DNA of 63,890 nucleotides, the filler included, from Hyphochytrium catenoides (lineage: Eukaryota; Protista; Hyphochytriomycota): NCBI GenBank assembly GCA_900088475.1. It is 11 parts of 11 records of this genome, joined end to end, with 100 filler letters (N's around TTAATTAATTAA, not from the genome) between each part and the next. Parts side by side here need not be neighbours in the genome. Positions count along the whole stretch, not along the records: positions 36,773 to 40,390 come from FLMG01003089.1; positions 40,491 to 42,516 come from FLMG01003065.1; positions 42,617 to 47,183 come from FLMG01001261.1; positions 47,284 to 56,371 come from FLMG01002928.1; 7 more parts are not named here. One strand, given 5' to 3'. The notes below the pieces were generated by a model. The model had not been told where the DNA came from and made no database searches. It was given only the letters and a program-made list of their open reading frames with translations. Position numbers and translations under genes: made by a program. This document shows, one piece after another, positions 36,930 to 49,449 of the stretch (position 1 is the first letter of the stretch; every line of letters begins with the position of its first letter).

Positions 36930-37795
36930 GCGAGGTAAAAGGGAGCCGGGAAGACAATGAGGCGGAATTCTGCCTGTCTCTTTTAATGGCAGACCTACTG
37001 GACAATTCTAGCAGTGTCTCGTCTTTCCTTCATTCTCTCAAGGATCGCGTCACCTCTAAGGATGCCACTGCCTCGGAAGCGCTTTGCGCTCTCCACCGCT
37101 TATCGCCGTGGCTGGATGATAGGAGAACGAGCACCGGTAAAGGAATGGGCGGACTCCCACGGGACGATATGATGAAGTTTCTCAGGTGGGTGTGAGACGG
37201 ACTCCAGTGCTTGCTACCGAGTTGGTGGACATATCATTCTTTCTATGCAGCTCTTTTAGTCTCTAAGTTGCCCTTTTCCTGCTGATCTTGTCTCTGTCTT
37301 TTGGCTACTCCCATCTAAAGTCGGGTTCGTTGATATCTCAGCGTTTCCTGTCTTTCGTGTTCACGCATTATCTTGTAGTTCACCGCACTGTTACTGCATT
37401 CACCAAGGATCCCGCTGGCTGTCTCTTATCTTTAGTGCTTGCGAGACACACTGGAAGCATGACCACACGCTTTCGAACGAGATAGGAAGGCTAAAAGCTA
37501 GGGCTTCGGTTCTCCTTGAAGCTTCCTAGATGTTTCTTCTTTACCCTTTTCCTCTGGTATCGAAGTTCATCGCTTTGGCCCTAAGAGAAGGACTGTCGCT
37601 CCTTCGCTGTAACTTCCTACCCGTACTGCTCATCCTCTCCTTTAAGTCGTTCCACTACAGAGAAGCACCAAAGAACCAGGGTCATGGGCTGGGTCAAGCA
37701 GGACTGGGGTGAGAGAACGAGCCTATATGGAATGAGCCGCGAGGCGTTGATTGAAGAGAATGAAAGTGGAAGATTTTTAGGCATAAGAACATAGA
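36930..37795 (+). CDS. Possible 3' exons of an unknown gene
   Basis: Open non-repetitive stretches are bounded by splice-like sites: ..AEFCLSLLMADLLDNSSSVSSFLHSLKDRV..DDMMKFLR|gtggg and ag|..HQRTRVMGWVKQDWGERTSLYGMSREAL..*. No family was recognised. Confidence 0.35.
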
Positions 37796-38209
37796 CACAA
37801 GCAAGGGGCAGAGGCTCTCCAACTTCTTCAATCCATTTTTCTGTCCCTTGCTTAGTAGATAGAGCTTCGATTCGATCGAAGGTGTGCTGTTGAGTCCGCT
37901 TTGCATACTCACCTCTCCACCTGTCAGGTCCAACACGACTTCTACCTAGAGAGCGGGTCAAACTGAACATGAATGACGACATTCCCTTTGAGTACCATCT
38001 GTTTGGATCATATTTTAGAAGAATCCTCCCAAGTTCTGCTGAGATCCTACGGCGCCAATCGTATCTAGTGTCTTCGAAAGTGCCATCACGCCGTTAAAGT
38101 TGTCGTTTGAACTACCCACTAACCCCTTTTCACTCCAACAGCTCTGGCTCTTATGGGGCGTCCTTCGTACGGCAAGGAGATGATGCGATGCCATGTGGGA
38201 GGAGCCAGT

Positions 38210-40010
38210 CTAGAAGTCGCTATCCCGTTCATCTTCGCCCAGATATGGAGAGTCTGTGGCGTCGACTCCATTGTCTTCCTCATCCTCCGTCTCTTCTGGT
38301 ACCTTCCAGAAGGCGCACAAGGCAAGGAGCCACACCAGCATGTGCCAGATGCCCAAGAAGAAATTGTTGTCAAATACGCCATCAACACAAGGTTGGTCTG
38401 AAAGAATCATCGTGGAGGAGGAGGAGTCTGGGCTCAAAGCAGCAGTCGCGTTGAGGCTGCTGTTCGTCGGGGAAGTGGCAGCAGAAGGACTCTCAAATGT
38501 CAATGCTGAGTTATTGAAGGGAAAGTAGCCAAGCTTGCAAAGGTTATAGCGCTGCCACGCATCAAGCTCGTTTCCCCGCAAGCCGCTAATGCCTGTTCGC
38601 ACTTGGAACACCATGGTCACCACGAGGATAGTGATCAAGAGGATCAGCGTCTTGATGATCTTTGGAAGGCAAATCCAGCGAGTGTACACTGGATAACAGA
38701 CTAAAGCTAAGGGTGCGCAACATCGTCGACCACCTAAGCAGATTCTTTGCTTTAGACGGCTGAAGAAGCTGCGCGACGAGGAAAAGGGGGAATAGGGGGA
38801 ATCCTGAGGCTGACCCTGTGAGCGCTGCTTCATTAGGATCTCCATCGCTTCGCTGGAAGACTTGTTCAGATTATACTCTGACTCGATGCTCTTCTGATGA
38901 GAGGACGACGTTGCCGCATGGATGCCCATCATCGTGGCATCCTTCTTGTGGTTGACGAACTTCAGAAGCCGGTTGTTGAGGACAAGTCCAGTGTAGAGAA
39001 GGTATGCACATGAGACAGCCCCAAGACCTACACACGACGACGACAGTAAGAAATGAATGTATGAGAGAATGGGAGCCTTGATGAATGAAGACAGAGAGAA
39101 GGAATAGCAGCACCTCCAAACACCAGCAGCCGCCTAACCAGCAACAGAATGAGAAAACAGCTTGATCACCAGCAGAAGGACAGATGGTTGGAGAACAGCG
39201 ACCGTGGCTCAGCATTATCTACTATTACCTGCGAGGACAATGGACTGCATTCCTAAGTAATAGCTGTTGTCTCCCTTCATAACTGGACTCCGAGAAACGA
39301 TGACCGCAGTGAAGATCAGGACAAACCAGATGCTCAAGGCCAACAGAATGCCGACGGATTTGATCGCTAGTGGAGTCCATGAGCTGCTCTTCTCATACTT
39401 TTGGAGAACTGAACCCCACGCAATCGCAATCGCAAAGCTGACGATGAATGGGACAAGAGTGAGGGACACAGAATTAAGGACGAAGTATGAGTGACGAAGA
39501 CCAGATGAAAGCGATAAATTCAATAAAGAGATAGAGAAGAAGAAGGGACCAGCAGTGCTCCAGCTTCAAGATGAGAGAGAAATGACAGATTCCGACTCAC
39601 AGAGAGTTTAGCGATGAGAGGAAAACAAGATAAAGAGAAGCGTAGAGCTGATCCTTAGCTGGCGGGGACCGGGAGGTAAACAGATGACGAGGGGTAGATG
39701 TCAAGCAGGCTCAGCATTGTCTTCCTGGAGGCCCATACCAGACGCTGTAAAGTGAAGCGGAGCCAATCGCCCACGAGAGCTGGCTGAAGATTAGTGGGAC
39801 ACCCCAGTCATAGGCAAGGTAAACCGAGCCTCTGGTGACAAAGGTAATGGAGCAGATGAGTAGAAAGAAGAAGCAAGTCTTCTGCAGAGATGTCCCTCGT
39901 CGCCACACTCGTAAGAGTAAGTGCCAGCAAATGAAGTCAATCCCAAAGAACCCGCAGAGAATAAAGACAAGGCGCCAGATTTCGAAGTTTGTCTGCATCA
40001 CGGTCGCCAT
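38210..40010 (-). CDS. Orphan 7-TM GPCR-like protein with a long third cytoplasmic loop and acidic tail, 3 exons
   Basis: Spliced product: MATVMQTNFEIWRLVFILCGFFG..GSASLYSVC|FAIAIAWGSVLQKY..MQSIVLAG|LGAVSCAYLLYTGLVLNNRL..IIKTLILLITILVVTMVFQV..FFLGIWHMLVWLLALCAFWKVPEETEDEED. There are seven hydrophobic segments and the junctions are in phase. Confidence 0.72.
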
Positions 40011-40490
40011 AGGATCCTTGCAGGTGGGGACTAATCAACGGAAAGAGAGTGAGTGCAGGACCAAGGAAGAAAGTGTTAGCAGTTTGCATTCGATGGTTAC
40101 TCGCCCCAACAAACAAGCGAAAAGAATAATGATGAGAAGCTTTGAATGTCCTAATGAGCACATCTGGGGTGAGCACTGCTGAAAGCTAAGAATGGTTTGG
40201 AGGAGGACGGGAGCAGGATAATTTGAGGACAGAATAAAAGAGCGACAAAGACAATGAGGACAAGAGCACAAAAGGCTGCCCAAGCGGAAAGGAAATAGAA
40301 GAAGTGATTGAGATCAACTACCTATATAGGGAAACTCGCATGGAATGGCCTGGAGCGAGTCGGCTAATGTGCCGAACGTAGTGTTCATCANNNNNNNNNN
40401 NNNNNNNNNNNNNNNNNNNNNNNNNNNNNNNNNNTTAATTAATTAANNNNNNNNNNNNNNNNNNNNNNNNNNNNNNNNNNNNNNNNNNNN

Positions 40491-42516
40491 CTACTGGAAG
40501 CGCTATGCACTCTGACAATGGAGACACCATTTGTAGATGGCACTGCGACATATGGTTGAAGACCAGTCTGTCTCCCTGACAGTTGAAAAAGAGAACACCG
40601 AGAGAGAGTAGGAGGAGGAGCAAAGCCAGGCACATCGAATGATAGTCTAGGGATAAGGGAGGGAGCGCTGAGTGTGTCTCCACTCTCACTGTGTGCCCTC
40701 TCTGTGACCTCAAGACGGAAGCCACGAAGGCTAGGAAGTGAAGGGCTTTGGCCCTGGGCGGTGGCGGCTCGTGCCCTAGCCCAGGAGAGACAGAGAGAAG
40801 CCTTCGTCTCTCTTGGAGTCTCTTCTCTTACCAGAGAGGAGCAGCCTGAATCCCCCAGAAAGGAAAGAGGAGATGCAGAACTGATGAGCCCGCCTTGGCA
40901 CTGCCAGCCGTACTGTCGACCCATTGTCCCAGCCAGTAGAGCCGAGTGTGCTTGGGACTGGACGGAAAATGAACAGAAACACAGAGAGTGGACTGGCTGG
41001 GGGTTGTTCGTAGAGAGGACCTGAGAGGGATGTCTTGCCATTCGAATGTCAAAGACTTGTACTGTCCCGTTGGCAAGGCCACAATAAAGCTTGAGAGACA
41101 GTAAAGAGATGTCTTAGCGATCGGAGATCTAACGGCGACAACAAATAGATTTAAGGGTCAAAGGAGGAAGCAAAAGGAATGCCGTGCAGCTGAGCAGCAA
41201 AATTTAAAAAGAGGATGAGGTGGTAGACAGAGGCGGAGAGAGACAATAAGGGCCGAGACGTGAGACATCAGATGGCGCATTCGAGTGTGCTAGAGATAAG
41301 ACAAGGAGAGTCGGCCCGGAAAGGTGGGCGGAGGGCGTAGTACCTGGTTCCCATCTGGGTGCCACTCACACGACCATCCTGCCACCGGAAGGTTAAGGAG
41401 TGCTACCTTATTCCCAGATCCTGCCACGACTGAGAGCTGCGGAAGAAGGAAATGTAAAGGGTTAGTTGGCAGGACGGGAAGTCTCTTGGTAGAGGAGCTG
41501 CACGCTTGATCACAAAAAAGAATAGCGAAGAGGAGCAAAGTATTGTTAAGAGTTGATCTCACACCGAAACCTGTGGCACGAAAGAGAGAAGAAATATGCC
41601 TCTCACCTTGTTGTCGAATGCAGTGGTGGCGATAAGTAATCCCCTACTGACCTCCTGTACCTTGATATCCCGAATGGGAGCGGCATGAAGAGGGAACTTC
41701 AAAGCATGTTTGGGGTTATCGATGCACACCTGCAGAGTTCCGCTATATATTAGGACCACGTCCTAGGACTTGTGCCAAGAAGGACTCTCCTAGGAGCTAA
41801 GGGATAGGAGCTAACAAGCATTACCTTAGATACCCCAAAAGCCAGGCTGCCTTGAATTGGAAACTTTGTGGTTGTTAAAAGCATCTCCCCCCCGCGGGCG
41901 AAGGCAAATGCTCTTGACCCTTCAGTATCCACTCGCAGCATCTATTTAGGGAGCAAGCGGGTTAGGGAAGATCATGGACGAGGCTAACACAGAGAGAGAG
42001 AGCACAGTCCGATGGAGATGGAGAGACTCCGCCATCTCAGGAAGGTATAGACAAGAAGGGCGGTTACCAACCTCTTCGAACACAGGATCTTTCTCCTCTT
42101 GTGGCTTCAGTGAGTCATTTTTCTGCTCCTGCACAGGAGGAGCTGCATCCAACAATGGCCCAGTAGCAGCTGATCTATGACTGAGATGAGACCCAAGCGC
42201 CTGTCCCCCTGTTACATAAGAAGTGCCATAGGAAAGGCGTTACTAATGTTCCCGGTCCGCGTACTCTGTCCCAGTGACTCCTCACTCACGTCAGTGAGAC
42301 AATGGAGAAACCAATAAAGAGAGACAGATAGAGTCCAAGTATGACTCCGATCAGCAGCTGCCGGGATAAGGAAAGCCCGTCGTCTGCGTCTCTCTTTACT
42401 TTGCTGAACATAGCACATGTACCTGGCGAATTAAGGACCATCCTCTGTCGCTTGCTGAGGAGATCCTGGTACTTTGTCTTCAACAAGTCATGGTCCTGCT
42501 TCAGTATCTCTAGGCG
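40491..42516 (-). CDS. RFWD3: RFWD3-like E3 ligase (coiled coil + WD40 part; RING lies outside the contig), partial
   Basis: The coiled coil ILKQDHDLLKTKYQDLL is followed by AFGVSK|VCIDNPKHALKFPLHAAPIRDI..LIATTAFDNK|LSVV..LPVAGWSCEWHPDGNQ|..YCGLANGTVQVFDIR..QPVHSL..LLAGTM, matching the RFWD3 WSC-W..YAGL-NG-V(Y/F)D-R pattern. Confidence 0.85.
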
Positions 42517-42621
42517 NNNNNNNNNNNNNNNNNNNNNNNNNNNNNNNNNNNNNNNNNNNNTTAATTAATTAANNNNNNNNNNNNNNNNNNNNNNNNNNNN
42601 NNNNNNNNNNNNNNNNCTCAC

Positions 42622-42688
42622 CGGGTGGGTCGGACGGCTCTCCGTCTGCATCTCCAGCCACTTTCTTCTGTTCAGCGGTGAGATCCAT
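42622..42688 (-). CDS. Probable first coding exon of an unidentified gene (MDLTAEQKKVAGDADGEPSDPP)
   Basis: A ccaccATGg start context and a g|gtgag donor at the contig edge. Confidence 0.4.
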
Positions 42689-42711
42689 GGTGGGGCTGAG
42701 GAGAGACGGAA

Positions 42712-42752
<41 letters not shown>

Positions 42753-43261
42753 GGAAGGGTAGAAAGAAGAGAAAGAGCGAGAATGGGATGAGGAGTAGGA
42801 CAGGAAACGAAAGGGTGCGGTCACAAGAGAGAGACTAGATGGAGAGGGGAGAGAGAGAAAGTCTAGGAGAAGAAGGGAGTCACTGTGAGAGAGAGACAGA
42901 GGGAGATAAGAGAGACCAGCGACAAAGCTCTAAAAAGATTTTCTCTTCCACTGTTAGAGCTCAGAGATTGAGAGAGAGGGGGAGAGAGAGAGAGAGAGAT
43001 GGATAAGGGGATGGGCAACGACTCTCTCTCCAGCAGGAGCTTAAAAAGAGAGTGAAAGAGAGGGGTGACAAGAGAGAGGAGAGAGAGAGACGACCTGCAA
43101 GCCGGCTACCGACAGAGTGAGAAGAAATTAGGTTAGAAGCCTTTCTGATCGAGCAGACGAAGAAAAGAGAATGAAGAAATAGTTTGCGGTGCTCTCTCTC
43201 CTTTCTTCAGTTTTTGAGCTTTCTCAAGAGAACAGCGAAGGAGCGGCGATCGGAGGAAAGC

Positions 43262-43336
<75 letters not shown>

Positions 43337-44032
43337 AGAGAGCTGAAAGACCGTCAGGAGTCAGGCCAGGATGAGAGCAGAAGCAGGGCGAGAAGAACGG
43401 CCTTTCCAGGTCTGTTGGCGCTTGGCGCTTGACTTTCGTGAACATCCTGTCCTTTCGCCGGGAGGAAGCTGTAGCAAGGAAGAGAAAGGTGAAAGAAAGA
43501 CAGAGAGAGAGCGAGAGAGAGAGAGCTAGAGAGAGAGAGAGACAAAAGAGACAGAGAGAGAGAGAGCTAGAGAGCGCGCGAGAGAGAGGGAGCGAGAGAG
43601 AGAGAAAGCGAGAGAGAGAGAGAGAAAGCGAGAGAGAGAGAGAGAGAGAGAAAGCGAGAGAGAGAGAGAGAGAGAAAGAGAAGAAAGGAAGGATCACACT
43701 ACAGCAGGGGAGTATCCTCACAATCATATCCCCATAAGGTTGCTCACCCAATTAAGTTTAACTGTAAATGGATGAGACGTCCGCCCCTGGTAGCCGGCGC
43801 TATCCCCCACTTTGGAGATTGAGGAACTGACGGTAACGGCAACTTCTTCAAAGAGTATTAGGGTGATAACTGATAAGTGATTAATCTATTAAAGCTTTAA
43901 CCCAACTTTATCTTAGGCTCTATATATTCGTGATATAGTACAAAGACGCTCTGTTATTCCGAATAGTGAGGTGCGGAAAGCGAGATTCGGGAAATATGTC
44001 GTTTCATTGGTTGGAGAAGAGACAGAGGGTAA

Positions 44033-44099
<67 letters not shown>

Positions 44100-44463
44100 T
44101 TCTTTCTCTCTTTTCTTATTGCCGGTCATCTGCCACCTCCCGCTTCTTATTTGGAGGCCCTTTCTCAAGACCTCAATCCAAGTTCAACTCCGACGACTGA
44201 GCGATGATAGCACGCAAGAGATAAAGACAAGCAGGCAGGGAAGAGAGAAACGCTGAAACAAAGGCAGGTGAGAGACGAGAGAGAGAGAGAGAGAAATAAG
44301 AGAGAAGAGGAGATCATCGTGATACCCTGAGAAGCACCCCGAACAATTCGAGAGGAGGAGAGGGACTTGGAGGGAAGGGGAGTAGCCAAGAGAGAGAGGC
44401 CAGAAGAAAAAAGCCACATCCGCACCACATCGAGAGAGAGAGAGAGAGGGGAGGAGAGCGAGC

Positions 44464-44501
<38 letters not shown>

Positions 44502-44509
44502 ACCTGACC

Positions 44510-45183
44510 ATGTGGCTTCGCACGCTACTCGGAGGACGAGCTCTGGGGGCTAGGGAGAGACACTTGCTGCCCTTCCAGATCCGCACTTTCTCCGAGGGAG
44601 AGAAGAGAAGGGAGAGTAGCTCTGTACGGATCAACAAGCTCCTCGTTGACAAGAGTAAGTATTGAGGAGACTCCTTCTTCGCACCTCTCCCTGTCTTCCT
44701 CTCTCTCCCTTGCTCTCAGTCTCTCTTTCTCTCTCTCTCTTGAATTGTGTTGTTCCAAGCTCTTTGCTGAGTGTGTTTTCTGTCTGTCACTTCTTCTTTC
44801 ATCTCTTCCCCTTACAACTTCCCTGGGTTCTCTCTGAGAGTCACTACCTTCCCACTCGGGCTCTCTGGTGTCTGACACTCTGTCTCTCCCCCAGTGTGCC
44901 TTCTCCCTTTCTGGCTCTCATTTTCCGACTCTCCCTCTCTCCCTCTCTTCTTCTCTCATTCTCTCTCGTTCTGTCCTTCTACTCCTCTTTCTCTTCCCCT
45001 CATTTCTTCTTCTTTTCTCTCTCTCTCTCTTGTTCTCTTTCTTTCTCTCTCTCTATATATATATTCTTTCTAGGTATCTGTGATCACTTTTTCTTCCCGA
45101 TGTATATGTCTATTACAGTCTCCTCTCATTGTTCAACATCTCACACTAGTGTCCCTCCCTCTTCTCCCTATATATCTACACAC

Positions 45184-45237
<54 letters not shown>

Positions 45238-45410
45238 CTTTGCATCAGAGATCTGCTCTCGTCGGGAGGCGGATCTCTATCTCCAGAGAGGCTGGGTGAG
45301 GGTGGACGGCCAGGTCGCGGCATTGGGAATGAAGATTCTCCCGTCTCAAAAGCTCGAAGTTCACATTCCCACGGAGCTGCAGAAGGACAAGGTTAGACAC
45401 AGGCGCTGCT

Positions 45411-45449
<39 letters not shown>

Positions 45450-46203
45450 GAGCCGGGAAAGAGAGAGAGACAGAGCGAGAGAGAGATGGGAGAGAGAAGG
45501 GAGAGGGACAGAGAGAGACAAACGAGAGACAAGAATTGGCAGAAGAAATTGAAGGGAGCCGCTCTTTCCATCCTCAGGAGGAACAGGAGTTACGGAGTCT
45601 CTCCTGCTCCGTTCGGACATCTCTCTCTTCTCGGTGTGGCGGCCCCTTACTCCCTTCTTACCCACATCTGTCTCTCTCCTTTCTCTCTCTCTCTCTCTCT
45701 CTGTTGATAGGTGAACATCATGATGTACAAGCCTGTGGGCTGGCTCTCTCAATCTTCTGATCCCAAGCCCCGCCAACGCTTTGCGAAGGACCTGCTCACC
45801 CTCGAAAACAAGTCCTGGGGATGTAACTACAAAGTAGGAGAGAAAGGAAGAGGAATGCTCCTCTCGCGGCGCCTTTCTCTCACCTCTAAGCTAGCTGTTC
45901 TTTATTACCTAGCCTCTCTCTTTCTCTCACACCCGCACACGCTCGCTGTGTCTTTCTTTAGAGCCTTTCTCTCTCTCTCCCTCTCTCCAAACCCATCTAT
46001 CCCTCAAACTTTCTGTCATATCTAAATCTTCTCTCCTTTATAAATTGCCCCTCTCGCTCTTTCTCTCCCTTTTCTCTCTCCTCTCTCCTATCACAACGCT
46101 TACTCTCCTTCTTCATTGCCCTTAACGCATTATTCTTTCAAGGCATCCGTCTCTTTGGCTTCTCCCACATCAAGCCCTTCCTCTCTCTCTCGCTCTCTCT
46201 CTG

Positions 46204-46254
<51 letters not shown>

Positions 46255-46370
46255 TCCTCTCCTCGTTCCTCTCTTCTCACACCACTCTCCCTCATGTCCC
46301 TCACCTTCTTTCTCTTCTAGCCACTCACTCTCTCTCTCACTTCACCGTTTTCCTCACTCTCTATCTCCTG

Positions 46371-46403
<33 letters not shown>

Positions 46404-46637
46404 TGCATATTTCATCTAGGGCACCCCTCCTCCTGCTCTTCAGAAACTGGCAGTAATTGGAAGACTGGACGCGGACAGCGAGGGTTTGCTTCTCTTCTCT
46501 CAGGACGGGAATCTGGCTCGAGCAGTGATAGGAGAGAACTCTTCTCTAGAGAAAGAGTATCTTGTCAGAGTTACGGACGAGAGAGGAGAGATGATAGAGG
46601 GAGAAGAGAGGAGAGAGAAAGTCATTGAAGAGCTGCG
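44510..46637 (+). CDS. rluF: RsuA/RluB/E/F-family rRNA pseudouridine synthase with S4 domain and probable mitochondrial presequence, 4 visible exons, 3' truncated
   Basis: [10 protein letters not shown]|[20 protein letters not shown] (S4 domain), [26 protein letters not shown] (catalytic Asp) and LEKEYLVRV. Confidence 0.88.
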
Positions 46638-47619
46638 GTATGAATTTCTCTCCCTTCCCTTGTTCCTCTCTTAGTTTGTCGTCTCCCTGCTCGGTCTTCC
46701 TGTCCCTACTCACTTCTTCTTGTTTCTTTCTCTCCCACTGGTTTCTCTCTTTCCCTGTGTTAGTTGGGGGACTCTTTAATCCTCTCTTGACCTCTCATGT
46801 CCTTTGCTGTTCGTCTCTCTCTCACTCTTTCTCTCTCTCTCTTCTCCCTTCTCGCTCCTCTTTCTCTCTGTCTCTTCTGTCTGGCCCTCGCGTTCTCTCA
46901 GTCTGGCTCTCCGCCCGCTTGTCTCTCTCTGTCTCTCTGTCTGCGTTTCTCTTTCTCTCCTCTCGTCCCGCGTTCTCCGTGTCTGTCTCTCTTTCATCGG
47001 TCCTGCATTTAATCCCTTCCACTATCTTTTCACTATGGCGTGTTGATCTGCACTAACTCTCTCTTCGGTGTCTCTCTCCCTCCTTCTCTCTCCGTTCCTC
47101 TTTCTTTCTTTCTCTCTCTCCTCTCCCTCCTTCATTCCTAATGCGATCTAATGTCATCCCTTTCCTGTCTCTCTCTCTCTCTCNNNNNNNNNNNNNNNNN
47201 NNNNNNNNNNNNNNNNNNNNNNNNNNNTTAATTAATTAANNNNNNNNNNNNNNNNNNNNNNNNNNNNNNNNNNNNNNNNNNNNTCGGCATCAGAAAGAGA
47301 GAGAGAAAGAGACGAGACGGCTGGGCGTCCTTGCGTGGAACCGCGATGATCTGTGGTCCTAGAGCCATCTGCCAGAGATGATGTCAAGAAAGACACGGGG
47401 AGAGAGAGACAGAGAGAGAGACACACAGAGAGAGACAGAAAAGAGAGAAGAAAACAGGAAGATAAGGAAAAAGAGAATGACTGTGGAAGAAAGAGTGTGA
47501 ACTACGAGATGAAAGTGTGTTGTTCCCTGAAAAAGCAGAGGAGGAATGAGGGAGAGAGATAGGACCCGAGAGAGAGAGGGAAATGGATCGAGAGAGCAAA
47601 AGCCCTTCCCGTCTACCTG

Positions 47620-49402
47620 CATATGAGTTGTCTCTCTCGCCTCCTCTCCTGCCGTACGACGGTTGTGCTTCCTTAGCAATCTGTGTGACTCTCTGCAGCT
47701 CTTGGGCGTAGAAGACGGAGCTTAGACTGTATGCGATCACTGTTGCAGGCTCCTGAGGGTAAACCAGCAGACCCTAGCGAGCATTGAGATATGTTGATGA
47801 GCCAACGAGAGAGAGAGAAGAGGAAAGATGAAAAAGAAAGACAGAGTATGAGCGGAGAAACACAGAAAGAACAAGCCGGAAGAGAGGAGAGAGAGGGAGG
47901 AGGCATTAGGAAGAGAGAGAAAAGAGAGGATGAGAGAGACTGAGAGTCATACACAGAGGGACAAGGAGATATCGACGGCGTTGGCTGACTCTAAAAGCAG
48001 AACAAGAAATACACAGATGCTCTCTGGGGCTCCTAACGAGGTAGAGGAAGACGAAAGAAAGATGGAAAGGGAGGAAAGGAAGAAAGAATAGATTCTAGAA
48101 GAAAGAGAGAGAGAGAGCAGGAAAATAGAGAGAAGTGAGAGAGGGAGAGGGGGGAAAGGGAGAAGAAGCGGTAGAGAGAGAGAGAGAGAAAAAAAGAAGA
48201 GAGAGAGCACCTGGTTGTGCAGACCAAGGGGGAGCCCGGGGTGGCCCTCACAGAGATTCTCTGGCAAGGAGGTGGTGGATGAAGAAGAAGAGGCGGCTTG
48301 CCACGTCTTTCCCTCCGCAGCTCCACCTCTAGCTCCTACATTCACAGCCGGCTAAAGCCAAAGAGAGAAAGAGAGAGAGAGAGAGGGAGAGAGAGAGACA
48401 AAGAGAGAGAGAGGGGGGGAGAGAATGTAAGAGCCTGAGAGCGAAGTCCTGTTCAAAATAGGGGAAAGACTGGCCACTGTCAAATCGTAGGGAGAGGCTA
48501 CCTTGTCGTGGTTCTGCGCCGGACTTGTCGTCAGTATCTCCTGGCTCTGACTGTTCGAGGACAGACTCTGCTGCTCTTTCTTCCCGCCCTCTTCTCTCTG
48601 TCTATCCTCTCCCTTTTCTTTCTCTCCTCCCGATGGTGTCCGAAATGCTAAACGTGTGAGATATCCTCCGTGCTCTCGGATGGTAGAGTGACACTTGGAC
48701 AAGCGACTGTTCCACTCAACCAGCGAGAGGTAGAGAGATCTTTGAAGAAGAGCGGGAGAGACCTACGAAAAGAAGAGAGAGAGAGAAAAGCACAGAAACA
48801 GAAAGAGTGAGGGAATGGCCGAAAAAGAGAGAGAAGAAGAGGTAAAAACTAAGCTAGATGCGTCGGGTAGCTGATGGGCGACAGAAGAGAAGAAGCGCCT
48901 CGGGCGTATAATAGTCTGGATGAGAGAACGCAGCTCTACAATCAAGCCAGAGCATAGGAAGCAGTAGGGAGGAAGACAAAGCGAGAGAGCGAAAGAAGAA
49001 AGGAGAAAAAGACCATTAGACGGAGAGAGAGAGAGAGGGAGAGTGGGAGACAGAGAGAAGAGAAAGAGAAAACGAGAGCGAGAGTGAGAAAGCGGGATGA
49101 AAGAAGGAAAGAAGGAGGAAACACAGCAGCTAAGTACCTTATCGGAGGCAGAAAGCGTATTCTGCATTGGCGCTGATATGTTGTCTGTCTTCTCTCTTTC
49201 CTTTCCATTTGCAAAGGTCTCTCCTAGAGCTTTGGTACTTTCAAGAGCTTCAATAAGAGAGAGAAGGAAAGACTTCGAGGCAGAAACCTCTTCCTTCAGA
49301 CTTAGAAGGAGTTTCTCCACATCTTCTAACTCTTTGGGCAGCTTCTCTTCTTTCGCTTCAAGTGCCGGGTTAAGCAGTCGGCTCATCAACTCCAATCTCT
49401 GT

Positions 49403-49449
<47 letters not shown>

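Noticed and set aside
11054-46637. mnmA, hemD-like and rluF-like genes as bacterial contamination
   Set aside because: All carry spliceosomal GT-AG introns or donors with host-type microsatellite, and two have organellar presequences.
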